64,000 nt of DNA from Geosiphon pyriformis uo1 (Eukaryota; Fungi; Glomeromycota), in assembly GCA_016748015.1 (NCBI GenBank), contig JAAOMT010000684.1:186001-250000 (forward strand). The letters are read 5' to 3'. The notes below the pieces were generated by a model that saw only the letters and a program-made list of their open reading frames with translations, did not search any database and was not told the DNA's origin. The position numbers and the translations under genes were made by a program. Numbering within the stretch: position 1 is the stretch's first letter; each line of letters starts with the position of its first letter. Below are positions 13,020 to 26,600 of this stretch, piece after piece.

Positions 13020-13530
13020 AATTTCAGATTGTTAATAAATATCTTTAAAGTATTTAACAAATATTGTTATATAATAATAATTAGCAGCTTCTATAACATA
13101 GAATTTTAATTATTTATTATTTTACTATATATAAAAATAGATTATATAACTATTATAAAACAAGATTTTAAGTCTTAAATTTAGATATATTAGTTCAAAA
13201 ATAAACTAAAATATTCAAAGATACAATAAATATTATTATATAATAGCAATTAACAGTTTATTATAAAATTCTAATTAATTACTATTTTATTATATATAAA
13301 ATAAGTTATATAATTATTTTAAAACAAATTTTAAGTCTTATATTTAAATATGTCAATTCAAAAATAAAACCAAAACACTTAAATATTCAATAAATATTGT
13401 TATGTAGCAGCAATTAAAAGTTTACTATAGCACAATATTTTAATTATTTATTATTTTATTATATATAAAAATAAATTACACAATTATTTTAAAATACAAT
13501 TTTAAGTTTTAAATTTAAATACATTAGTTA
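13020..13530. repeat. Degenerate ~165-bp tandem repeat, about 3 copies
   Basis: Motif aaatatt(g/a)ttat recurs near 13059, 13228 and 13392, each followed by ...ttatttta(c/t)tatatataaaa...ttttaagt(c/t)tta. Confidence 0.65.
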
Positions 13531-13735
13531 ATTTTTTCTTATTCAAAAATTATTTTTGCTATTGTTTAATAATTGGTTAAAAGTAAAAAATATTTTGTTA
13601 ATTTTTTTTTTATTAATATTTAACGAGCAAAGTCCAAACACTGCCTAGTGCAATACATTATACAAATGATCTAAACTAGGTGTGAATCATATATTATTTA
13701 CACATGACCAGCCACTCGGACCAATCAGGACAACA

Positions 13736-16700
13736 CTAAGCATCTATATGAACAGAGACCTTACCCCCTATACCTAAAAAAACAAACAAGACTTACAGAA
13801 CCTGAAACCAACACCAATTGTTTCAGCAACACCCAACAGCTGGGTCATGCCAGATGACAGCCCTAAAGAAAGCCCAGAAATTGGGACAGAAGCAGACCCA
13901 TTGCACAGAATAAGCCCATTTTTTTCTATGAATGCACGGTGCTTGGTGTGAACCAACCAAATATCTTCTCAAAAAGCCAAGCTGAACTCATGGACAAAAA
14001 CCACAATGTTCTGACTTGCTATCCTGGAATTCTTGAAGACAGAAACAGACTCACAAAACCAATCTTTGAAAACAAAACCCTTGCACAGAGCAGTACTAAC
14101 TATTAGATACACAAGTGGACAACAGCCATAAGACACTTGAAGAAGAATGAGCCAGACCGGAATGTACACCCCAAACTGCCATATAAGCGTCCAACAATCA
14201 AGCATGACCATCAACATTAAATGGACAAGAAAAAACATGGTCTGAGACCTCGACATCACTGTAGAACAAACACACTACACTAGAGTAGTGCTTATCATAA
14301 AGCCGCTTATGCATGGCAACAGGGAGCCAATAGTACAATGCCTTCATAAAGTAAGTCTGGAAACCAGCTGTCCACTTGCTAGTGAAGCCAGCAGCCATGT
14401 GAAAATTTGGATGCCAAACCAGCAATAACCTAAACCAATCAATATCTGTACACAGACTACCTGCCACCACCCCAGTACCACAACTGATTTCCCAATGCGC
14501 ATGATGAACAGACTGAAAAACATCCCAAATAAAATGCCTAAAATTACCAGAAATGGCTTCACCATCACTCCTAAGATAGCATTTGTTGACAGAATGGGGC
14601 AGATGCCAACCAGAAAGAGCTGCAGTTCTGGCCAACTTATCAGTCCATTTATTGCCTGAAACCTCTGAGTGTTCTTTGATCTTATACCAATTAACTCTTA
14701 AATTCTTATGACAAATAATGTTCACAATATAATGGTATTCAATTCAACACCGATTCCTAAAATCTGGGTGAACCAATTCTATCTCCAACTTGCAAGCATC
14801 CAAAGCAGTCTGACTGTTCAAGAACAAGTCAACTGAGTAAGAAGAAGGGACACATTCGAGTGCCAGAGCAATGGCTTTCAGTTCTGTCAAGATAGAAGAC
14901 ATCAAACCAGATACTCCTACACCCAAACCCATACCAATGTCNNNNNNNNNNNNNNNNNNNNGATACACAAGTGGACAACAGCCATAAGACACTTGAAGAA
15001 GAATGAGCCAGACCGGAATGTACACCCCAAACTGCCATATAAGCGTCCAACAATCAAGCATGACCATCAACATTAAATGGACAAGAAAAAACATGGTCTG
15101 AGACCTCGACATCACTGTAGAACAAACACACTACACTAGAGTAGTGCTTATCATAAAGCCGCTTATGCATGGCAACAGGGAGCCAATAGTACAATGCCTT
15201 CATAAAGTAAGTCTGGAAACCAGCTGTCCACTTGCTAGTGAAGCCAGCAGCCATGTGAAAATTTGGATGCCAAACCAGCAATAACCTAAACCAATCAATA
15301 TCTGTACACAGACTACCTGCCACCACCCCAGTACCACAACTGATTTCCCAATGCGCATGATGAACAGACTGAAAAACATCCCAAATAAAATGCCTAAAAT
15401 TACCAGAAATGGCTTCACCATCACTCCTAAGATAGCATTTGTTGACAGAATGGGGCAGATGCCAACCAGAAAGAGCTGCAGTTCTGGCCAACTTATCAGT
15501 CCATTTATTGCCTGAAACCTCTGAGTGTTCTTTGATCTTATACCAATTAACTCTTAAATTCTTATGACAAATAATGTTCACAATATAATGGTATTCAATT
15601 CAACACCGATTCCTAAAATCTGGGTGAACCAATTCTATCTCCAACTTGCAAGCATCCAAAGCAGTCTGACTGTTCAAGAACAAGTCAACTGAGTAAGAAG
15701 AAGGGACACATTCGAGTGCCAGAGCAATGGCTTTCAGTTCTGTCAAGATAGAAGACATCAAACCAGATACTCCTACACCCAAACCCATACCAATGTCTTC
15801 AAAGAAAACAGCAGCTCCAGCTTTCATATTGACTGTCCCTAAATTACTTAGAGATTCATCTGTATAAATGGAAAGATGACCAACATCAGAATCAAACAAA
15901 CTGGCACCAATGATGCCAAACTCACGAGACCAAAGAACATCCGAAGAGACACAACCAGCCAAAAATGTGGAACAGACAGGAAGAAAAGACACACCATCAA
16001 GAAAACGAACAGACAGCTCAAACCAAGCAGGAACCAGATCATGTGGGTCCAACTGCTTCCATCATTTAAAGGTCTTCTATTCAACAACAGCCCCATTTTG
16101 GTTCCGTAGCTGATCCACAAAAGCAATCCTATAATGCTGAAGTGAAGAAACACTCTTGACATAATTTAATTCACCAAGAACAAGAGACATAGGGGTTCTA
16201 CCCTGCTGATGAAAAGCACTAACCAGAGAGCCACCCAATAACAAATCACACTCAGAGAAAATATGCACCACACCTGCCAAAAACTTATTAAGAGGATTGA
16301 TTTTTACACAAACTGGACACTGCAAAGGATGTAGTGGATGCCAGCAGAAGACCTGCAGATCATGCAACCGGTGAGAAAATAGACACTCCAAAAATCCAAT
16401 AGAGTTCACAAAAGAAACGACCAAAGCCAATTTACTCTCAACCTGAACCTGTTCAAAAGTCTTCAAACCATACAGAGAGGAATGATGAATTGCATCATTG
16501 GGGAAATCACACGGCAAACCAGAGTTAGATCTTAAGCTTCTATGAATCAAAATGTCATACTTTCTATAAGCACTAATAGGAATGTAACTGAACTGTGTTC
16601 TATATCCAATGATAGGAAAGAAGACCGCCGAAACCAAATATGAAAACTGCTTATCAGACACTGCCTTTTTTAGGATCAAATTAGAAAAAAACCAGACATC

Positions 16701-19274
16701 AAAATATGCCTTAGCCAAGCTAGGCTTCGAAAGACCCTCAGTTGACAAATAGATTCCCAAATAGCAATGCGATTTCCCCTTTTTGGCAATAGAAATAGGT
16801 GACCCACTGATCAACAAAAAGGAAGCCATACCATCACAATTAATAGGGATGACAACAGTTTTATCATTATTAATTGAGATGTCATTGATATCGAAAAATT
16901 CATTAACAATATTAAGAATGTGCTGTGTAGCACTTTGACTGCTACCAACTCATATAGTATCATCAACAAAGGCACCCACTGCGAAAAATAAAGATACACC
17001 AGCCTGAGACTCAGTACAACCACATCTGGAAATAAAATGAGAATTCAATCTGTAACCACACCCATCTGCCTGCTTCTTAACTTCACACAAAAGGGGATCA
17101 TAAAAGATGCGCCAAAAGAGTGGTGAGAACATTTCCCCCTGGTCCAAGCCATCATGCACCTCATACCTGTCTGTCAAACCAAAATCCGTCATAACTCTGT
17201 TAACATGACCACTGTGGATGCCGCCAAAAAACCTAATGAACCTGCTGCACATTTTTATCCTAACCAAACTGTCCTGAAGATGTTCCCACTCAACAGAATC
17301 ATAAGCTTTCCACATGTCCTGCAATACCAACCAAAGCTCACAATTTTTCTTCAAAGCATTCTCAATAACTGAACCAATGGCAAAAATAAGAGACTGTGTC
17401 GTCGTGCCCTTCAAAACTGAAAAATTGTCCTCACGCAGAACATCAAAAGTACTACAAGTCAACAAGATCCTATCTGAAAGAATCTTGGAGAGAATCTTGT
17501 GGGCAGTTTCAATCAAGACAATAGGTCGAGTGTTTGTAAGAACTCCTTCCCACTCATACGGCTTAGGAATCATTGAGACCCAAGCTTCCTTCCAAGCACT
17601 AGGCACTGACTCACAAATTAAATAAGAATTTAGAAGCACCAAAAACATATCCAAAATTGATTTGTCACAGTGTTTCCAGAGCTCATTCGAAATTCCAGAG
17701 AGACCAGCAGCCTTGCCTTCAGGCAGACCAGAAACCACACTGAACAACTCATTGAAACCAACAGGACATATTACACCAGAAAACGCATCATCGAAAACAT
17801 ACTCCAAAGGCTTGTATTGGTGAGACCAATTATCAGAGATATCAGGCACCACCTTGTGCTTCTTGGTCCAGCCTTCCATGATTCCATCCACCTTAGCTTT
17901 GACTAAGCTGGGCTCCAAAATCAACTCATCACCTACAACTAGATGATTCAGTACCACTTTGCGAAAGGGACACTCCAAAACACTCCTGATGGTGCGACTC
18001 TTGTCTAATTTAAAACTCTTCATCCTTCTATGAATAGCTGCCCTAATATGGGATTCCTTATTACGTCTGAATTCCAGCAATTTAGCAAAGCAGTAAGACT
18101 TTCTCACCTTAGCCAGAGCCGAGTGAATCATGTTAAAATTGGAACCTAACAGAAACAAAGACTTTATCACCGAAGCACTATTGATATTGAGCCCCTTCCA
18201 CATATTCAACAATGATGCAAATTCTACACTAGACAACAAACAAAATGCCTTAACCAGCTTGGACACAAGCAACTCAAGCTTGTAAAACCTAGAAGAACTC
18301 TTGATAAAAATCTTATTATAACCCTTAAACCATTTCTTTTTGAATGTTCCAACTGCTGAGAGAATTATTATTTTGTGCACAATGTCTCACATAGCATCCA
18401 AATCTGAAGATTTCACAGAGGCAGTGAAATCACTCGAGCACATTATGCCATTGGCCAATATAGCATCCTTAAAATTGTTCCATTCTTTCTCGTTAGCATC
18501 TCCGAAATTGAACTTCCAACAATCTTTATTAGCCTGCTTGCACATCAAGTTCAGTTAAGAGTCAAGCAAGCCACCCAAACTCACAGAAACAAAAACAGCC
18601 TTATGATCAGTATCAAAAAAGTCCTCAACACCAGTCACATTACAATCCACCACAGCATTGATCAAGCTTGAAGAGACAAACATATAGTCAATAGTTTTAA
18701 CAACACCACAAGAGTTACCCCATATCAGCATCTTAGCAAGCACACTTCCACTCAAGGCATTAACCAGACCCAAGTCAGAGCATTTTTTGAAACTGGTACT
18801 CTTACGAGCACCATCCTCATTGAAGTCGTCACCCAAAACCACAAAAAATAATTCATTTACTGCCATAGCAATCAAAAAATTGATGTCGCCAGCCTGTAAG
18901 AATCAGACACACAAAGAGGCACCAGCGTAGAGACCCAAAACAGAAATCGAAAGTTTATTCTTGAAGAGGAGTCTGATGGAGAGAAGCTAACTGGGCATCT
19001 TAAAAATCTTGCAAACATGTTTAGCCAAAAAATTGTTCATGACAATTGCCACACCAGAACCAAGACAACCAGAATCCAAACCAGAAGTGAACACCTGAAT
19101 ACCATCAAACTTGTCAGTGATCCACGGTCTAATCTTATCTTTAAGCTTAGATTCTATGAAAATTGAAACCAAATTACCCATATCAAAGTGCCAGTAAACA
19201 ACATCCGCCTGTTTAGCAGAGTTATTCAAGCCCCGAATATTACAAGTAGCAAACTTCCAAACCAACTGACTCAT
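13736..19274 (-). pseudogene. LINE copy 1 ORF2 (AP endonuclease, reverse transcriptase, RNase H, C-terminal zinc finger), disrupted
   Basis: APE: KFATCNIRGLN, DDFNE, TIDYMF, TDHKAV. RT: KAAGLSGI, MIPK, TRPIVL, DMWKAYDSV, GLDQGEMFSP, FVDD. RNase H: IYTDES, TELKAIALAL, WYKIKEHS, GNKWTDKLA. Zn finger: CLFYSDVEVSDHVFSC. Confidence 0.92.
14106..15797. other. 836-bp identical direct duplication around a 20-N gap (assembly artefact)
   Basis: 14106-14941 equals 14962-15797 (offset 856; identical ORF translations), separated exactly by Ns at 14942-14961. Confidence 0.9.
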
Positions 19275-21216
19275 TGAGAAAAAGGGAGAGCCGATGAATC
19301 TGAACTAGAACACAAAAGATCTAACCTAGCCAAAACAGAACTAACAAAAGCCTCCAGAGCTGACATCTTAGACTCCAAACCACCCACCTTGGTAGTTAGA
19401 ATCTTTGAACTACTTGAATTGAAGCCAGCATCTATATTAACACTTGGAGAATAGGGATTGGACGATGTCAACTCACCATCCAGAGCCATGTCAGAATCCA
19501 AAACAGGGGCCAAAGGCACAGAGCCAACCAAAAAAGGGGGACTAGAAGATAGAACCATGGGCACCAATTCAACAAAACTCAATTTCCTCAAAATACCAGA
19601 CACTTGGTTAGCCAACAATTAAGAGAGCATTCCAAAAACGCCAAGTGAACATTCAAAGAAAAATTGGCAAATGTAGAAGAGGGAAGACCACTGCCCAAAT
19701 TTGAGGTCATATGGGGAGAGAAACCAACATCAAGACCAGAACCAGAAGGGGAAGCAAGAAAGACTATCTGGGCCCATGATTTGCCACCAAAGGCAGCAGG
19801 GCAAGATATAAGAACATTTTTCTTTGCATATAACTTGGCTAACTGGAGACAATCCACACTAGGAGCACATCTTTTATTAAAATTATTCAAGAGATCAGAA
19901 GACGACATATCTGACACATCACACTCCAGAGCCGAATGACCAAGATGTCTGCATTTTCCACACTGAACCAAATCCAACCTAGCCCAAGAAAGACGAACAC
20001 CACCAAAAACAGGCTCAGTGAGAAAAGCGGAATTCAGATCATTCTCGGATTCAAAGCCAACCACAGCACAATAAACTCTATTGTCAGTGTCCAATAAACA
20101 ATTAATGATGCAAGTTCTGCCACTAGTTCTATCCAGAAGATTATTAAGATCATGTGCAGTTGTTCTTACTGGCAATGTAAACAAAAGTGCCCTAAAACAA
20201 TCCCTAGAGGCCCAGATATTGCGATCTCCCACAGCTTTTGCCACATGCACAGAATCTTTCCCAATTAAGAAGGACCATTTTGAAGCCAATTGCTCTGCCT
20301 ATCCCAATTTGGCAAATTCTACCACAGCCTTCTGCCACATACTGATCAACTGAATTTTGATTGATTTAATTTTCCCAAATTCAGACGCTGTGGTGACAAT
20401 CATTTCCTTTGGTGTATCCATGAGAATTTTTTTGATGACTACAGCCTGATCTGAGTGAATTCCTTGTCTCTTAAGATCACTGTTTACTATAATGTTATTT
20501 TCTCCAGCCAATAATGTGGCCTTTTCTATGCTTTCTGATAAAGTAAATGATGATCAGATGATCCCTTCAAATTTTGAGGGGGTAGTGGCCCCCCCAAAAC
20601 TATTGATTTTTGAAAAAAGTTTTCTGATCAACTGGGTCTTTGATGTAGCTGAATTTCCTTCCACAGCTGAGAGATTAATATCCAGAGCAAAAGACTTCTT
20701 GACAGCCACTTCCACAGGAGTTTTAATTATCTTAGGATTGACCCAAATTCTATCCAAAGGAATCTTCTTCTTGAGTGGAGCCGGGAGGGGCTTTACTTCT
20801 TCATCTATTTCAAAGTCAGGAGAACCAAAATTTGCACCAGTATTAACTTTTTTAGCCTTGGGGGTATTAACAGCTGAATCCAAGAGGGAGCCATCAAAAC
20901 TACTAGACATACTAATATCTTCATTATCATCAGATAGACTATCCACATCAGAAAATGAACCAGCACCAAAACCAGATTTCAGAGATATATTTTTCTCATC
21001 GCCAAAGTGTTTAACATTGCCAAGAAGTTTCTTTTTCTTCTGAGAGAAAGAACTACCAGCAAGACCATGAAAGACACCCTTAAGCATCTTTTTTTTAGAC
21101 ATGTTGCCACCTGAAGCAGCTTCCAAGTCCACAATGAAAGGGTTATTAGACAAAGAAATAGTAATAAAGTATTAACAAGAAAAAATAAAAATTTCTTTTT
21201 TCAGAAAAGTACTCAT
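19271..21216 (-). pseudogene. LINE copy 1 ORF1 (nucleic-acid-binding protein with a CCHC knuckle), disrupted
   Basis: Knuckle CGKCRHLGHSALEC; RRM-like segment EFGKIKSIKIQL...KAVVEF; stops and frameshifts. The in-frame ATG at 21216 is followed by a TAA. Confidence 0.85.
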
Positions 21217-21267
21217 TGGGGTTTTTTGAACATAAGAGAGAAAAAAAAAGTTTTTATTTTGTTAATT

Positions 21268-23100
21268 ATTTTTAAATTATTTAAGAAGTTTTAATAAAAT
21301 ATATAATTAATATAATAATGTTTTTTATAATAATTTTAAATAATATTAATTTGATAATATTTTAAAATCTATTTATTAAAACAAAACAATAATTTTATAA
21401 TATTATATATAAATCAAATTATAAAAATAAAACATTTATTTTGATTATAAACTTGTTTAAATAAATTGTAATTTTATTTAAAAGCTTAAATATTATTTAT
21501 ATATATAATACCTATTGCTTAAATTTTAATTTTTTTTAATTTAAACAATTATTTTTACAAGTTTTTTTTATATGCTTTTCTTATTTATTAATTTATAAGT
21601 TTTTTTGATTTTATTATAATTGATTATAAATATATTTAAAAACTTTTTAAAGCCAGAAAAACACTTTTAATTTTAGATTTAAGACTTAATATCTTTAAAA
21701 ACATTAATTTTTATAAATAAACTAAAAAACAAAAAATATTCACATATAATAACATAATTATAAAATAGTATTTTTATTATTATAATAAAACTATAAATAT
21801 ATATATATTAAAAAATTTTATTTTTTTATATTTATTTTTTTATTAATAAAAAAGTAAAAAAAAACTAGTAAATTTAACTAATTAAAATATTTGTAATTGA
21901 TTAATTTAATTAATTTTTTAATATAAATTATTATAAGTTAATATTTAATAAACATAAAAATTATAATTTTTTGTTAATAATATTAATTTAAGTTTTAAAT
22001 AGTAAATTTTTTTAAACTTATTATTATTATTATTATTTTAAATATTGTTATTGTTTTTATTATTAATATTTTTTTACTTTTATTTTTTTAATAACAAAAA
22101 CAGTTTTTTAAGATTTTATTAAAATAAAAAAGTTGATTACTTATTACAATTCTTTTTATTATTTTATCTTCAATTTTTTTAGCATATTTTTTTATTTTGT
22201 AAAATTTATGGTTTTTTTAACAATTAACTTTTAATAAATATAAATTAACTAAGAATATTTTGCTATTAACATTGTTTTTATTTGTAAAGTACAAAGATAT
22301 TAAACAACAAAATACAAAAAAAAACATAAAAACAACTGCTTATAATTAATATTAAAAAACAAAACCTATTTTTTAATTGCATATTATTAATTGAAATATT
22401 TTTAAATTATCTTAAATAAAATTAATCAAATTTATTTTTAATATAGTAATAAAATAGAACAAAAAACTTTAATTTAAAAAATAATTGTATAAATTTAATT
22501 TTTATTAATATTATAGATAAAATTATAAACATAATATATAAATATTTATTATGAATTTTTTATTTTAAAACAAAATACAAAAACAAAATATAATTTTTTT
22601 ATACAAAATTATATTTAATAATAAACTTATTTATTTTTAAAAATTAATAAATAAATATTGTTTAGATTTTTAAAATATAAAAACAAGTTTGCAAAACTCA
22701 AACTATTAGTTTTATTTATGCAGTTTTTATTAATTCTAATATTTATATACTTTTACATAATATTTCTTATTAAAAAATAAGTAAAATTGGTTAATAAGAT
22801 ATTAATATATATTGTTCATATTTATTATATTTATTATATTAATAATATAATATTACAAAAAACTTAATAAAGCAATAACATATATTTAATAAAAAATGGT
22901 TGCAAAATAAATTTACAATTAAATATAATAAACTGAAAAACAAAAAAGATTACATAAAAAACAGTTTAAAACATGCTTGGCTATACATATTATCAATTTT
23001 AACCAAAGCAAAGCTCATAAATCTAAGATTTGTAGTTGTGAAAACATCCAAAACATTAAAAGATCTGAAATATATAAATGCCAAAGTTGTAAGACTGTAA
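21268..23100. other. Extremely AT-rich decayed-TE block
   Basis: Composition; continuous with the 12.2-13.6 kb block before the LINE inserted, as shown by the TSD. Confidence 0.65.
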
Positions 23101-23625
23101 TGGATACAGATGACACAGAATTTTTTTCAGGCATTGCTTAATTCTCTCTGAAGATCATCCAGGAAATAGTAGCAATGCTTAACATTGTTTATTATTGCTT
23201 TTTGTAAGAAATGATCATTAAAGGTCTATTCCAAAGTGAATTGCACGTTTTAAAATCTTTTTGATTTAAAATAATGAAACTCTCACAAACTAGAATATAT
23301 TTACAATTTTGTGTGATTATTATTGGTTTGGAGTCCTATCAGTCAAACAAATGGTGTCCCTCCGGCAAATGATTATTTTCAAATTTCTAATTCAAGAAAA
23401 ATTCCAACTTTTTAGGGTTATCAAGTGAAAAATATGTACGAAATAAAATATAAACATTAAGGAATAAAGATTTCTTGGTAATCGAAGTTGGCAGTCTTTA
23501 AAGATAATGAGTATTAAATTGAAATAATCGTGTTGTCTCTATTTTCCAAGTGTGCTTTCTATTAGGGGAAATTGAAATCAACCACTAAGGAAAATTTAAT
23601 TATTGTTGGGTGTCACGTTAGCCTC

Positions 23626-26600
23626 CTATTTTTCATCATCATCATCATTATCATCATCATCATCATCATCATCATTTTTGTCAAAAATATTCTTTTGATT
23701 GGCAATAAGCATAGGATGAAGTGTAGAAGGACCTTTTCCATGTGTGTGAAAAGGTATTATTTCGGTCTCTTCATAATTGGTCTTTTCTTCGACTTTGGAA
23801 GGATAAAGATCCAGATCATACGGTTGTTTGCCTGCTACTTTCCTTGCTATTGGAGCAGTAAGCAACTGAAAATCGGCAGGGTAATTTCTTTCGTTCATAA
23901 TATCATCCTCGAAATTGTAGGATTTTTCTACTTCCTCTTTGATTACTGGAGCAAAACCGCTTTCAATTAATGATCGAATGTCAATAAGAAAAGATCGAGA
24001 AGCTCCCGCTTCAACTGCTAAATGTGAGGATAACGAAGAAATTAAGTGGTCCAATCTCGAAATACCACCTTCGCACCAAGGGTTATTCATTTCTACTCGA
24101 CTTTAAAATCAAATTTATTAATAAATTTTTAGACATTAGCGATTTTTCCATTAGCCTTATATGTTATTAACTAACTCACTCTTTATGTTCACGATAATCT
24201 TTTAACAATTCAGCAAACTGCGTCGTCAGCAATTCGATCGGAGGAGAAGGCAGATGTACAACTTCACTGAGGCATTCATAAGGCAGCCCTACATAAAAAG
24301 ATTAATATGTGATATATTTAAAGGATAGCCCAAAAAGATTGATACATAAAATAAACTTACTGTAAATTCCCAATGGATCTAATTCAAAATCAGCCCAAAA
24401 AACTTGCCAGGACGAAATATTTTTGGTGGCATCAGGTTTATAAGGACTTACTATTATACCAATAAAAGGGCTAGCTAAATAATCCTAAACATAAAATTGT
24501 ATCAGAATATCGCCAAACAGATAAAAGAAACTCTTAAAAAAATATTAATGGTCATACTTGATATCGACTTTGATTTTCCATATCTCTGATTGAAGGATGA
24601 GGTTCAAATACAGGATGTGAATGATACCATCCAACGATCTCTAACCCTTTTGATTCAAATGCCTCTCTCGCCTTCACTTCGGATCCTGGATCCATTTCAC
24701 ACTCAGGATCAAATCATATAACTTATAAGCAAAAACTGATATCCTTTCAATGGAGTTTTTGGATTAGAGAATAATTTACCTGGTATCCGGTGCTGATGCT
24801 CTGACAAGGAAACGCAAAGGATACTTCCAATAATGATTGGTCCGGAATGTATTTGCCACCCAGTAAGCCAATTATTTCAGTATGGACAAGATGTGAGTGA
24901 AAATCCATTACTAACTAAAATTCAAGCAAATTTATTAAAGGGAATTCAAAAATGCAGAGGGCAAATATTTTTGTTGAATACCATAGTAGTGTCGGTTATT
25001 GTAATACGGAACGGGGCAGGATGAAGGTCTCCGTGTGTATTTGGGGGAATCAATTGAAAAGGATCATAAGTGTACTCATCGTCGTATAATTTATTATTCA
25101 GAATAATTTAAGAAAATTTTGAGCTGAGCAAAGCGAATCAAATAAAAAAGGATATTTCCTCATAATTAACCCGACGTTGCTTGCGCATGCTTCTGGATCT
25201 CATTCTGCCCCATGGCTCTGAATTCGCAGGAGTGATCAAGAGGATAGCAGTTGGAGTTCGGGTTATATTGTAATAAGATCAAAAGAATTTTAAAGTAAAA
25301 CCTGGGCTTCGATTACGGTCATTGGAGTCAGTATTATAAAGATCTTTCTCATTTACCCTTGACAAATGACAAAAGAATAAATAAAGGAGAAACCAGCGTC
25401 TTTCGTATGTCTATCAAATGTTTCTTGAAATGGCACTAACATACCATCTCCCCAAGTCATCACGAACTCGTCTGCGTCTTGGTCTATTTACATTCTAAAA
25501 TAATTTAAAAAAATTCGCAGAAGACTCAATGAGTTGTTCAACTAACCCCTCCTGGGCCCAGTCATCGTCAAAGTAGCCTTTTCGATTACGGATATTTCCA
25601 AATTCATAAAATCCATCCACGGTTTCTTCATACTTTCGTCTTTGATATGGTCGTCTTGTTTTAGGAGGAATTGAAACTTCCCCAACATTAATTGCCCCAA
25701 TTACTTCTAAGTAGGTATGAACCCGACCGATAGCATTCACATCACCACAATCCTAATTCAGTAAAGGATATTTTGAATAAATTGTGATAAAAAGGTAATT
25801 CAAAATCTTCATTTTGAAACTACCTTCAAACCTGTCCGAATACTTGTTTTGGTAACATAATTTGGTTTCCCTTCTATCCAGGCATTGAGTATGTGATTCC
25901 GAATTTTCATATAACGCTCAGGAGTTTTGGCAGCTTTCCCACAAAAGAACTCAGAATTAGCTTCTTTTTCCTCCTCGGTGATTATTAATTGATCTATTAT
26001 CTGGCACAAAAAGTTGCTCAAAATATGAATACTCTGTACCGTAAAAAATTCGAAAAAATTCTTTCTACCTTTTCTGAGGCCGAAACTGAAGCTTCCGTAT
26101 TATCCTCAAAATTAGCTATTAATATTTTGAGTATAGGGTTATTATGTCATTATTTTTGTCAATAGTAGTTTTTTTAAGCCTCACATTCTTCATCGGTGAA
26201 ATCATTATCGTCACTGTCAACGGCTTCGATAGACTCACGATAAACATTGTCTTCAAGTGACGCATCATCTGCTGTAGCTATAGATAATATTCAAAAACAA
26301 TTTAATAGAAGAAATGCTAGAAAGGAGCAATAAATATGAATTTACTTACCATCTTCGCCCAATTCTGTTAGGTCAGACACATCGTCCAGGTAATCTTTGT
26401 CATTCTCCATTTCACCATTCCAGCGAATTTCAAGAATTTCAGGTTTCTGTTCGATGACGACTCGCGGTATAACCAAATGCTTCAGCTCTTCATCTAATTC
26501 GGCTCTCTTTGCGATCTGAGGATTATTAATTTCTTTTTCATTGATACCAAGTCTCGGAGAATGCAACATTTCATGACTTTCCAAATCTAGCTTATCAGTT

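Larger units (their letters stand above)
12240..13590. other. Extremely AT-rich block of decayed transposable elements
   Basis: Near absence of G/C; contains a LINE 3' relic and degenerate tandem repeats. Confidence 0.7.
13604..21254 (-). mobile_element. Full-length, inactivated non-LTR retrotransposon (LINE; ORF1 + APE-RT-RNase H-zinc finger ORF2), copy 1
   Basis: 13-bp target-site duplication tattttgttaatt at 13591-13603 and 21255-21267; poly(A) tail; ORF1 and ORF2 motifs; colinear with the copy at 46.6-53.3 kb. Confidence 0.95.

Noticed and set aside
14106-15797. Tandem duplication of the RNase H/zinc-finger region in LINE copy 1
   Set aside because: Identical copies in an otherwise heavily mutated element, separated exactly by a 20-N gap: unmerged contig overlap.
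20492-21043. Long antisense ORFs in the LINEs (also 57244-57735)
   Set aside because: Shadow frames of ORF1/ORF2, not maintained at similar length in the other copies.
21268-23100. AT blocks as organellar insertions or endosymbiont (Mollicutes-like) DNA
   Set aside because: No rRNA, tRNA or long ORFs, and TAA stops are frequent in all frames. The recognisable relics in such blocks are transposon-derived.
23572-23970. Plus-strand ORF with poly-Ile resembling a TM protein
   Set aside because: Antisense shadow of the (GAT)n poly-Asp tail of the MYSM1-like gene.
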